Assembly (NCBI GenBank): GCA_017857395.1
Contig: JAFMDF010000014.1
Coordinates: 875 to 64,874, forward strand
Direction: 5' to 3'
Source of the DNA: Bacteroidota bacterium
GTDB lineage: Bacteria; Bacteroidota; Bacteroidia; Chitinophagales; Saprospiraceae
Length of the DNA: 64,000 nucleotides
Positions 35,277-43,859 of this stretch are shown here, piece after piece; the stretch's first letter is position 1; every line of letters starts with the position of its first letter. A program made the translations under genes and the position numbers. The notes under the pieces are model-generated. The model had not been told where the DNA came from and did not search any database. It saw nothing but the letters and a program-made list of their open reading frames with translations.

Positions 35277-36740
35277 CTATTTTTTAGCAAATAATACCTT
35301 CAATTGAGCAACTGCGGATGCGGCCAATTTCTCACCAGCGCCTTTATCATAAATGGTCGTTCCAGGAGTGGTCTCATACCCTTTGATCATAGGCTTAAAA
35401 CCTTCGGGTCCTTGACTAAATGAAATTTCAGTTGGAAAATATTTATAATGGCCATTCGCTGTACCGATTACCAGCGTATTTTTATAGGGGGAATTTTCTT
35501 TGATATAGACACCAAATTCGTAGAACATTTCTCCGGGGAGACCAACAATAGCCACTTCACCGATTTGAATGACCATTACTTCGAGTTGATCGATTTCATT
35601 TTGAACATCATACATATCGACCCACCATTGCGCATATAATTCTTCCGGAATGCCGTCGGGTTGTAATTCGGGCATCCCTTCTTTTTCTACTCTTTTCATT
35701 ACCTTTTTTGCCCATTCATATTGTTCGTCGGTAATGGTGATTTTTTTAAGGGGCACCTCTTCCCTAGAAATTTGAATACTTCCATTTCCAGAAGCTGGTT
35801 CACTATTATTCATTGCAGCTAAGGCAGCCACGCCCAATAGGTAGCCTACCCGTTGGCATTCTTGGTAGGTATCTAAAAAACCTACTTTGTGATCCACTTG
35901 TGTAATATTTCCTGAGGGTGCATTTAGAAAAAGTACGCCGAAATCTTCTCCTTTTGCTTTTTGAACGGATTCTGTTAAATAAGAAGGGTAATCAGCTGAA
36001 TACAGCCAATTATTTCCAGTAAGGGTGGTAGGGTGGCATCCGAAATTAACCAAGGTGTTGGTAGTCTCTCCATTTTGTTCTATGCTTACGGTAATCAATT
36101 CGGGATCTTTTCCACCTAATGCTTTTTCTATAAAACCAGGTTCAAATTTTTCCCAGACCATGTGAGTGGTGCCGTCTACTGCTTTTAATCTTCTGTTATG
36201 AGAAACTCGATCTTCGATAGTACGCCCAACCATCAGTTCGGCAGGTTCGAGATTTTTATTGGCTTCAAGAATGGCACTTGCCGCTTTTTGAAGATACCCT
36301 TTTGCTTCTGGGGCATCCAAATTTGACTTTGGCCCACTATGGGTATGGGTCGCATGGATGAAAATGTTTTCGGCTTTGATATCTGAAGTGGATGCCACAT
36401 ATTCGCGCATCATATCTATTGCATCTACTGTAATAAGGCAAATATCCACGGAAAGAATGGCGGTTTTTTCGCCGCTATTGTCCTCCGCAACTATTGCTTT
36501 CCCAAATAAGGAATCGTGAACGCCACGGGAGGCATAATCATCACCACGATAATTGCCTACCAGATCGAGACCTACCCTAGGGGTATAATCTACTTCCGCA
36601 TAACCAATCTTAAGTCCAGAATTTGGGGTATCCGTTTTTGAAGTTGTTTGTTTGCAGGAGGGAATGATGAATGCAACTATCGCAAACAGCAATACTGCTT
36701 TACAAAATTTTATTGTCCTTTTCGTTGTTTTATTTTTCAT
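35277..36740 (-). CDS. Neutral/alkaline ceramidase-like amidohydrolase, lipoprotein
   Basis: The ATG at 36740 (MKNKTTKRT...) forms an ATGA overlap with the upstream stop; the track start is 36770. It has lipoprotein signal IIPSCKQ. GYAEVDYTPRVGLDLVG and FIHATHTHSGP resemble the N-terminal ceramidase_alk-type fold. Confidence 0.5.
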   Translation of the reverse strand: MKNKTTKRTIKFCKAVLLFAIVAFIIPSCKQTTSKTDTPNSGLKIGYAEVDYTPRVGLDLVGNYRGDDYASRGVHDSLFGKAIVAEDNSGEKTAILSVDICLITVDAIDMMREYVASTSDIKAENIFIHATHTHSGPKSNLDAPEAKGYLQKAASAILEANKNLEPAELMVGRTIEDRVSHNRRLKAVDGTTHMVWEKFEPGFIEKALGGKDPELITVSIEQNGETTNTLVNFGCHPTTLTGNNWLYSADYPSYLTESVQKAKGEDFGVLFLNAPSGNITQVDHKVGFLDTYQECQRVGYLLGVAALAAMNNSEPASGNGSIQISREEVPLKKITITDEQYEWAKKVMKRVEKEGMPELQPDGIPEELYAQWWVDMYDVQNEIDQLEVMVIQIGEVAIVGLPGEMFYEFGVYIKENSPYKNTLVIGTANGHYKYFPTEISFSQGPEGFKPMIKGYETTPGTTIYDKGAGEKLAASAVAQLKVLFAKK

Positions 36741-37855
36741 GTTAAAACGCAGTTTAAAGTTCGTATCCAATTACCTGAAAATATATTATCTATGTCTTTT
36801 TGTTGGTATCCTCTATTGCTAAGTATGTCACCAAATTTCTGAAGATCGGCGATGGTATTCATATCGTAGGGGGTCTGTTCCAAACCAAAGAGGCCATCTA
36901 AATCACTTCCAAACCCGATGTGTTCACTATTCCCAGCCATTTGACAGATATGGTCAAAATGATCTACCAAATGTTCCAAACGGATCCCCAATTCTTTGGG
37001 GTCATCTATTGCCAATTGGAAATCGGGGTACATCATCCAAGTATCCAAAGCGCCCCCTATCATTCCATTTCGCTCTATAATACAGCTTATCTGCTCATCG
37101 GAAAACTGACGTTCCCCCGGTACAATGCTTCTGCAATTTTGGTGGCTGGCGATGACTGGACCATGAAAAATATCTAATGCCTCGAAAAAGCCCTTATCGG
37201 TGAGATGCGTTAAATCCAATTGAAGGTCTAGTTGATTCATTTCCATTAACAGCTCTTTTCCTAAAGCGGTCAATCCACTACCGTCAGAATGAGTACCTGC
37301 GGCATATCTGCCAGGACCGAAATGGGAGATTCCGATGGACCGTAATCCCATTTCATGATACATGTGTAAATAATCTAAATTGACGATGGAATCTGCCCCT
37401 TCAAGGGCAAGTATATAGCCAACAGGCTTTTTTTCTGTAGCTGAGGTATTTTTTAACCAGCTATTCAAATGTGTGGATAATCCGTTTTTTGTGTTAATCT
37501 GAATCATTTCTCCCAAGGTTTCCATTTCACGATACCATGCCAATTGACATTGAGCGTAAGCGTAGGCTTGTTGTGGGGAATGCCACCCTGGTAGCGCCAT
37601 CGTCTGCAATGGATTTCCCTTTTCTGAATAACGGGAAATTATAGTCGTTATTACGAGGCCAACATTTCCTTCACGTAGTTCGGGCAATGCCACCGTTCCT
37701 TTGCCACGGTCTTGATAATCTGTCCATCCTAACAGCCGCTCCTTTTCCCGAATCTCGGCTACGGTTTTGGTTAAATCACGGTTCAACGTCATGGCATTGG
37801 TCGCCAAATCTAAATGACCGTCAATTATAAAGGGTAGGGTGGAGGTATTACTCAT
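36737..37855 (-). CDS. Membrane dipeptidase family protein (peptidase M19)
   Basis: 372-aa ORF. FIIDGHLDL, LALEGADS, SHFGPGRYA and IGFGSDLDG fit the M19 (renal dipeptidase) motif order. Confidence 0.8.
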   Translation of the reverse strand: MSNTSTLPFIIDGHLDLATNAMTLNRDLTKTVAEIREKERLLGWTDYQDRGKGTVALPELREGNVGLVITTIISRYSEKGNPLQTMALPGWHSPQQAYAYAQCQLAWYREMETLGEMIQINTKNGLSTHLNSWLKNTSATEKKPVGYILALEGADSIVNLDYLHMYHEMGLRSIGISHFGPGRYAAGTHSDGSGLTALGKELLMEMNQLDLQLDLTHLTDKGFFEALDIFHGPVIASHQNCRSIVPGERQFSDEQISCIIERNGMIGGALDTWMMYPDFQLAIDDPKELGIRLEHLVDHFDHICQMAGNSEHIGFGSDLDGLFGLEQTPYDMNTIADLQKFGDILSNRGYQQKDIDNIFSGNWIRTLNCVLT

Positions 37856-38838
37856 GCCTGATTTTTTTTGGAAGGTATATCGGATATTCTCTTGGCATAA
37901 TCAGTAGATAAGCGATTCATGTCAAAGGAGAATCTTTCAAATGTTTCTTTCCATTTTTTTGCTTCTTCAGGTGTATAGTCATAAAAGCCTTTCCCATTAG
38001 AAACCCCGTTACCATCTGCTTTCGCAATATCGTCGATCAATTTTGGTACCGTGGTCTGATTACTCAATTCTGGAAACAGGTCTTTCATTACTGCATGGTA
38101 TGCCTTGAGTCCTGTTAAATCCATATAGCGAAAAAGACCGCAGAAGGACATCCATCGGCCGCCATCGTTCTTGCAGGCTCGGTCGACATCGGCAATCGTA
38201 GCATACCCATTTTCCACAAGGTTAAAAGCTTCCCGATACATGGCATACATGATTCGATTAGTGATGAAGCCCCTAATATCTTTACGTACTAATGTTGGTT
38301 CTTTACCCCATTGAGTAGCAATGGCATGTAATTGTTCCCCAACTTCAATCGGACTTTTTTCCCCGCATACGATTTCCAAAAAAGGGGAAGTGTAGGAAGG
38401 TTCGTCCCAATGCATGCCAAAAAAGCGTTCGGGGACCTTACAATGGTTCTGTAACATACTTATAGGCATTGCCGAGGTGTTTGAGGTAATAATTACTTCG
38501 TCAGAAATGCATGCTTCTATTTTTTCATAAACCCCTTTCTTTATTGCAAGGTTTTCGGAAACGCATTCCATGACCAACCAACACTTTTTTAGGTCGGCGT
38601 AATCGGAGGTATAGCTAATGTTTTTCAAAAATTCATCTGGCGTTTTTTTGGTTAAACCCTCTTGGAGACATACCTCCAAAGAATGCCTGATACGATCAGG
38701 AGCGGTTTTGTCTAAATAGGAGACTATCGGTGATACCGCCACGACTTTTTGACCGTTCAACAATAGCGCAGTAGCAATGCTGGCCCCCATTAGCCCAAGA
38801 CCAACTATTCCAATGGTTGAGTTATTTTTTAGTTCCAT
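37852..38838 (-). CDS. 3-hydroxyacyl-CoA dehydrogenase family NAD-binding protein (L-carnitine/3-hydroxybutyryl-CoA dehydrogenase-like)
   Basis: 328-aa ORF with the Rossmann motif IGIVGLGLMGASIA, an SNTS motif, and a C-terminal helical domain containing GKGFYDY. The stop overlaps the next start as ATGA. Confidence 0.8.
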   Translation of the reverse strand: MELKNNSTIGIVGLGLMGASIATALLLNGQKVVAVSPIVSYLDKTAPDRIRHSLEVCLQEGLTKKTPDEFLKNISYTSDYADLKKCWLVMECVSENLAIKKGVYEKIEACISDEVIITSNTSAMPISMLQNHCKVPERFFGMHWDEPSYTSPFLEIVCGEKSPIEVGEQLHAIATQWGKEPTLVRKDIRGFITNRIMYAMYREAFNLVENGYATIADVDRACKNDGGRWMSFCGLFRYMDLTGLKAYHAVMKDLFPELSNQTTVPKLIDDIAKADGNGVSNGKGFYDYTPEEAKKWKETFERFSFDMNRLSTDYAKRISDIPSKKNQA

Positions 38839-38884
38839 AGTCCACGATTTTGTTGAGATGTATTATTTGCATGCGTTGGATTTT

Positions 38885-40201
38885 CTATTTCAATTCCAAT
38901 AGTGTTTCCTTTGCCATTTCTATGGCATGATCAATATGTTTTGCTTCATGAACGGCACTAATATACCATAGACCTCTCCCAATAATTCGAACACCCCGTT
39001 GTTGCATGCCTTGAATGAACATTTTCGATTTGGGTTGTTCATAGGCACTTACGTCCCGGTATTCCTTTACTTTAGATACGTTTGCAAAACCTGTATGAAA
39101 CATAGGACCCAATCCTTGGACTAAAAGATTCTGCCCTGTTTCTTTAGCTACTCTTTGTAATCCTTCCATCAATCGATGGCCAAGGGCGTAAATCCGCTCA
39201 TGCGTGCCTGCTTGTTCCAACACTTCAATGGTTCCTAATGCAGCGGCAATAAGTGCGCAGGCGGAGTTCATCGTACCTGCATGAATGACTTTTCCTTCTG
39301 CTACTAGCTGCATCCATTCTTTTTTACCTACAACCGCCGAAATGGGATACCCACTTGCCAATGCTTTTGCAAAAATGGAAAGGTCAGGCGTAATGCCATA
39401 GTGTTTTTGAGCACCTCCCAATCCTGTTCTAAAACCAGTAATGACTTCATCGAAAATTAGAGCAGCATTGTATCGGGTACAAACTTCACGCAAACCTTGC
39501 AGAAATCCTTCGGCTGGTAAAATACACCCACTATTGCACATTATGGGTTCGGTAATAATAGCCGCAATCTCGGTATGGTTTTCTGCCATGGTTTTTTTGA
39601 CCAGTTCTAAATCGTTCCAAGGAAGTAAGATAAATTCGTTGTTCGCATCATCGGCGATTCCTGAAGTCCAGGGCAAGGGAGTGGGGTTTTCTCTTGTACC
39701 CATTTGCTCCTTATCCAAAGTCAATCCCCAGGAAACATTGTCTAACCAACCGTGGTAATGGCCTTCGAAGCGTATAAATTTATTACGACCGGTCTTTGCC
39801 CGTGCCACTCGAAGTGCGGTCTGTATAGCGGTAGATCCATCTAGGCAAAATCGCATCAACTCCGCTGATGGAATGTGCTTGTTTAATTTTTCTGCCAACT
39901 CTATCTCTAAAAGATGCTGTCCTGCAAAGAGTTGCCCTTTTTCGGAATAATCTCGAATCCTTTTTAGCACATGTGGATGGGTATGACCAGCAATCATTGG
40001 GCCTTGGCTAAGGGTGAAATCTAGGTATTTATTTCCATCGACATCATAGATATACACGCCCTCCGCACGCTCATAGAATAAGGCATGGGGATGGTTGAAT
40101 TTTCGAAACTCCGAGGAAACCCCACCTGCCAAAACTTTTTTGGACCGTTCGAGCAATGCTGCGGATTTTTCATGCTTGAGCTGTATCTTTATTTCCTTCA
40201 T
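38885..40201 (-). CDS. Class-III (GSA-aminomutase-like) PLP-dependent aminotransferase
   Basis: ATG at 40201 (track start 40234). Motifs are IRFEGHYHGW, LIFDEVITGFRTGLGGAQ and SIFAKALASGYP. Confidence 0.85.
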   Translation of the reverse strand: MKEIKIQLKHEKSAALLERSKKVLAGGVSSEFRKFNHPHALFYERAEGVYIYDVDGNKYLDFTLSQGPMIAGHTHPHVLKRIRDYSEKGQLFAGQHLLEIELAEKLNKHIPSAELMRFCLDGSTAIQTALRVARAKTGRNKFIRFEGHYHGWLDNVSWGLTLDKEQMGTRENPTPLPWTSGIADDANNEFILLPWNDLELVKKTMAENHTEIAAIITEPIMCNSGCILPAEGFLQGLREVCTRYNAALIFDEVITGFRTGLGGAQKHYGITPDLSIFAKALASGYPISAVVGKKEWMQLVAEGKVIHAGTMNSACALIAAALGTIEVLEQAGTHERIYALGHRLMEGLQRVAKETGQNLLVQGLGPMFHTGFANVSKVKEYRDVSAYEQPKSKMFIQGMQQRGVRIIGRGLWYISAVHEAKHIDHAIEMAKETLLELK

Positions 40202-40327
40202 TTTTAAATATTGATAAAAAAATAACTTCTGCATTTAGTTTTTCTATTAATTCTTTTTTCCATAGGTTTTCAGCCCATTGAAAAAAGGAATTATTTGAAA
40301 AACGCAGAACTTATTTTTTCATCGTTT

Positions 40328-41446
40328 CTAAATAGTTATTTTACGGTTTCGCGCCAAGACTTCCCATGTACCTGTGATCGCCCCGTTTTCTATAATCGTA
40401 AGTGCTTCATACAGGTTGACGGTGGGGCAGATGTGGTAGGGTATCGCCAAAAAAGGTTCTCCTATTTGGTATTGGGAGGTATCTGAAACGGATACCACCA
40501 AATGTTCTTCGAATTGGTCGACGATCGTGCCATTCTCCAAACCCAAAATCTCCACTCGTGGCTGGGGTGGGTCTGTTGCCGTAGCTTTTGTACCCAAATC
40601 GAGACACATTATTTGATCATCGATAATAGAAATAATTCGGGTCAGTATCGTCGCTGCAGGGGTAAAAGGCAATTCAGGGAAAGAAGAACCGTAGCCCGCA
40701 TCCCAGAAAAAAATGGTACCAGGACTGCATTCAACCCCTTGTTTCTTCGCATAAAATGGAAAGGAAGGGGAACCGCCTATGATAACAATCAATTTTTTCT
40801 TTAAAAGATCTTCGGCTTTTTTCCAAAGCGCAGCAATTTCGGAAAAAATGGTTTCAGTTTGCTCTTTTCTGATTGCTACTTCGGGTGCATGGACGTGGCC
40901 GTCGTACACATGTAAACCTTTTAGACTCAATCCCTCAAAATCTTTTAGGTAACGGAGGAATTCAAACACTTCCTCCGTCTTTATTCCTGTACGATCCATC
41001 CCCACATTGACATCGATGAAGACTGCTAGCCCTTGCTTTTGAAAAAAATTGGAGAGCATAACTGCCGACGCCTTATTGTCCACTAAGGCGGAAAAGAGTG
41101 TTTTTGGATATTTTTCCCGTAGCGCTGCAAAACGTTTCGCCTTCGTTGCTGAAAGCTGGTAGCATAACAACACATCTTTTGCACCCGCCATTCCTAAAAG
41201 TTCTGCTTCGGCAATCGTACTGCATTTGAAACGGTCGATACCTTTCTCCATGGCCAATTGGATTACTTCTTGACATTTTACCGTTTTTACATGCGGTCGA
41301 AGGCAAGTAGTTTGCAAATCGACAATCATTTTTAGGGCATTATCGATATTCCCTCCAACTACCTCTGGAAATACCAAAAGAGCAGGCGAATCGATTGCGG
41401 AAACGTCCTCAATATGATAAGGTGTCTTATTTGGAAGCATCAGCAT
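40328..41446 (-). CDS. Alanine-racemase-N-fold PLP enzyme of the D-threonine aldolase / D-serine dehydratase (DSD1-like) family
   Basis: 372-aa ORF. RPHVKTVKCQE matches the HxKT PLP-lysine motif of this family. Its length and C-terminal beta domain are consistent with the family. Confidence 0.7.
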   Translation of the reverse strand: MLMLPNKTPYHIEDVSAIDSPALLVFPEVVGGNIDNALKMIVDLQTTCLRPHVKTVKCQEVIQLAMEKGIDRFKCSTIAEAELLGMAGAKDVLLCYQLSATKAKRFAALREKYPKTLFSALVDNKASAVMLSNFFQKQGLAVFIDVNVGMDRTGIKTEEVFEFLRYLKDFEGLSLKGLHVYDGHVHAPEVAIRKEQTETIFSEIAALWKKAEDLLKKKLIVIIGGSPSFPFYAKKQGVECSPGTIFFWDAGYGSSFPELPFTPAATILTRIISIIDDQIMCLDLGTKATATDPPQPRVEILGLENGTIVDQFEEHLVVSVSDTSQYQIGEPFLAIPYHICPTVNLYEALTIIENGAITGTWEVLARNRKITI

Positions 41447-41831
41447 TGGGTAGTTTGAAAACGATGTCTATTTCTACTTTTATATTTTCGCCGAGTACCG
41501 ACTGAACCGTGGTACGTGCGGGTTTTATTCCTGTAAAATAAGTGGCGTATACCGCATTGAACTTGCCAAAGTCGGCAATATCTTTAAGATGAACCGTACT
41601 TTTTAGCGCATCATTCATCGTACCGCCTGCGGCTTCCACGATGGCTTTAATATTGTCCAATGTTTTTTTGGTCTCTTCTTCAATGGTCCCTAGCATGAAT
41701 GTACTCGTGGCGAAATCAATGCATGCCTGGCCACTTAAAAAAAGCATGCCGTTATACGCCACACCATCTGAATAGGCGCCGCTATCAAAATTAGGGTTGC
41801 GTTGGGGATGTGTAATCTTTATTTTTTCCAT
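41427..41831 (-). CDS. RidA-family (YjgF/L-PSP) imine/enamine deaminase
   Basis: 134-aa ORF with LFLSGQ, VHLKDIADFGKFNAVYATYF, PARTTVQ and VEIDIV. It overlaps the downstream gene by 14-20 nt. Confidence 0.85.
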   Translation of the reverse strand: MEKIKITHPQRNPNFDSGAYSDGVAYNGMLFLSGQACIDFATSTFMLGTIEEETKKTLDNIKAIVEAAGGTMNDALKSTVHLKDIADFGKFNAVYATYFTGIKPARTTVQSVLGENIKVEIDIVFKLPNADASK

Positions 41832-41937
41832 AGGGCTAATTTAAAAAAAAAAATGAAGTTCTATGTTTTTATGAAAATGCCCTTCATAAATCTATTAAGA
41901 GGAAAGCTTGTTTTTTAAAATTACCTGTATCAAATTG

Positions 41938-43314
41938 TTAGATTTTTTTAATAAGCTCTAGCAGGTTATGTTTAATTTCCTCCTCGGCCGTTCTATCTAA
42001 AAAACTACTTCGAGCCCGCCAGGTTTCATATCCTCCCTTGTCCAACTCATGTGCAGGGGGTACATATCCGTCATAGGTATTGGCTAAACAAATGGTAAAA
42101 TAGTTTTGCCCTTCCAATTCTTTTTTCAACCATAGACCAGTTTCCGAAAATATTTCACCACCAAGCGCACCGATTATTTGATTGCCAATTTTTATAGCTT
42201 GTATGGCTGCGGTGTGTGTGTCGGGGTATTCATTCAATAACAATTGTTCCCTGGCGTAGACCATTGAGATTCCATGTTCGTCTAATTGAAGGTTGTCAAA
42301 TTTGTTTGCGGCTAATTTTTCGGCCGCCTGTTGTAATTGAGCAGCATCAGGCTTTCTTATTTTGAGTGCCAATTCATCGTAAGTAATCTGCAATTTTGCA
42401 TTTTCGACCCAATGGAGCCTAGATACTTTATCATAAATTACCTTAGCAAGGTCTCTACCCATCATTTCCGTTTTGGAAAATTCTTTTTTCGGAAATTTAT
42501 CTGGATGCTGGAAGTCCCAAGTATTTACATCCGCTCCAGTACCATAGCTCATGATACCAACAAAATCTTCGTTCGCTCCTAGGTTTTCGGTCAAATGTTT
42601 GGCAAATGTTCCATAAAAATCAGCCGTGATGGTATCCACGTCCCAATCACCTGCATAGTGTGAGCTGTAGTTGCCCAATATGGATATCCAGCTATCGTCC
42701 AGTCCTTTTACCGCCAAAAAACAAACTTCTGAATCTACTGGTGCCGTTGAATCAACGATTAAATCTTCTGCATCGAAAGGATTGGTCTTGACTACATCCA
42801 ACGCTTGTGTTACAGGATTCCTAGCTTCAAACCCCTCTTCCATCAAATATCTTCTGCATACTTGATATCCCGTCAAATTGCTGCTGCCTGAGGCAATTTT
42901 TGCTGGTTTTACTTTTTTTAGCGCAGCTACAACCGATGAAACGATCAAATCTGGCAATCTATTTCTGTAGGCAATGTCTACCGCTCCTCCGAGCAATCCT
43001 GCAACGTTTCCTGCACCATGTGTATGCGTGCAAGCCAATGTTATATGTTCCTTTTTTATACCTGTGGCGCTTTCGATTTTGTCTTTTACGATTCCTAGAA
43101 AGTCTGATGGCATAATACAGATGTCCACCATAACCAATGTAAATGTAGTTTGCCCCTGTTTGAGGATAAGTGTTTTCGAGAACAAAGGATCATGGATAAA
43201 TCGGGCATAGTGCGCAAAGAAATCCACTCCTGTTATGGTTCCTTTTGGTGGAGTGATATCCCTTTGTGCCGCTCCAGCATATAAAACCGTTGAATTAGAA
43301 ATTGCATTTTTCAT
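41938..43314 (-). CDS. Neutral/alkaline ceramidase-like amidohydrolase, cytoplasmic
   Basis: 458-aa ORF with no signal peptide. GAAQRDITPPKGTITG and LACTHTHGAGN parallel the motifs in 35277..36740. Confidence 0.5.
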   Translation of the reverse strand: MKNAISNSTVLYAGAAQRDITPPKGTITGVDFFAHYARFIHDPLFSKTLILKQGQTTFTLVMVDICIMPSDFLGIVKDKIESATGIKKEHITLACTHTHGAGNVAGLLGGAVDIAYRNRLPDLIVSSVVAALKKVKPAKIASGSSNLTGYQVCRRYLMEEGFEARNPVTQALDVVKTNPFDAEDLIVDSTAPVDSEVCFLAVKGLDDSWISILGNYSSHYAGDWDVDTITADFYGTFAKHLTENLGANEDFVGIMSYGTGADVNTWDFQHPDKFPKKEFSKTEMMGRDLAKVIYDKVSRLHWVENAKLQITYDELALKIRKPDAAQLQQAAEKLAANKFDNLQLDEHGISMVYAREQLLLNEYPDTHTAAIQAIKIGNQIIGALGGEIFSETGLWLKKELEGQNYFTICLANTYDGYVPPAHELDKGGYETWRARSSFLDRTAEEEIKHNLLELIKKI

Positions 43315-43321
43315 TTTATCC

Positions 43322-43390
43322 GATTGTCGGTTAATTCAGCAATAGGCTAGTGTTTTGTCAAAGTTAATCGACAATCTTAGCTTGACAAAT
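43322..43390 (-). promoter_or_regulatory. Leader region with two mutually exclusive hairpins upstream of the seven-gene operon
   Basis: On the minus strand, hairpin A is UUUGUCAA (43390-43383, from reverse complement of plus 43382-43389) paired with UUGACAAA (43361-43354). Hairpin B is GAUUGUCGAUUAA (43376-43364) paired with UUAACCGACAAUC (43334-43322), 12/13. Each hairpin contains one arm of the other in its loop. Hairpin B ends 7 nt before the AUG. Confidence 0.3.
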
Positions 43391-43585
43391 TTTTAGTCGA
43401 TTTTTCTCTAATAATTCATCCGATAACCTTTAAGCGAATAAAGGAACTAATATAGGAAAATAATAAGTGAATTAAAAAAATCAGGTTCTTTTTGTTTGGG
43501 TTTCGCTGGTATATGGCTAAAGTATAAATTGTCCCTATATTACAAGCCCTTTTTAGTGTAATATTCTTGCATGATTTTCTTTGTG

Positions 43586-43684
43586 TATCTCTGTGTTTTT
43601 CTCTGCGAAACTCTGTGTAATAACTCCTTTATTTTAGTTATTTCACAGAGTTACTCGGAGCTTTCACAGAGTTCCACAGAGATA
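43586..43684. repeat. ~100-nt hairpin repeat of the CACAGAG/CTCTGTG family
   Basis: Outer pair TATCTCTGTG (43586-43595) with CACAGAGATA (43675-43684), perfect. Inner pair AACTCTGTG (43609-43617) with CACAGAGTT (43644-43652), perfect. Confidence 0.8.
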
Positions 43685-43859
43685 AAATTACATGTATTTT
43701 TTACATTAAAAAGAATTGTTATGTTAATAAGAGAGTCTCCCCAATTGTGGACGACTGCTAAAACGAAAAACTAAAAAATATTTACCGAGAATGTTCTTTA
43801 TAATGCTTACCTTTAATCCTTATTAACTGTTTTACAGTTGTTCTTAAAATAAATGGAAA

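Noticed and set aside
41843-41853. A11 tract (T11 on the operon strand) 12 nt upstream of the RidA start as a phase-variable promoter or terminator element
   Set aside because: The nearest hairpin (TTATGAA...TTCATAA, about 41866-41886) is separated from the T-run by about 15 nt. It is therefore not a canonical terminator, and the tract lies inside an operon. I could not support any specific function.
43571-43774. 67-aa ORF from the track (also 60748..61002, 84 aa)
   Set aside because: Both are translations of the low-complexity hairpin repeats (CTCTGTG arms; GGTATAAAGG arms) in promoter spacers. They have no signal of selection for coding.
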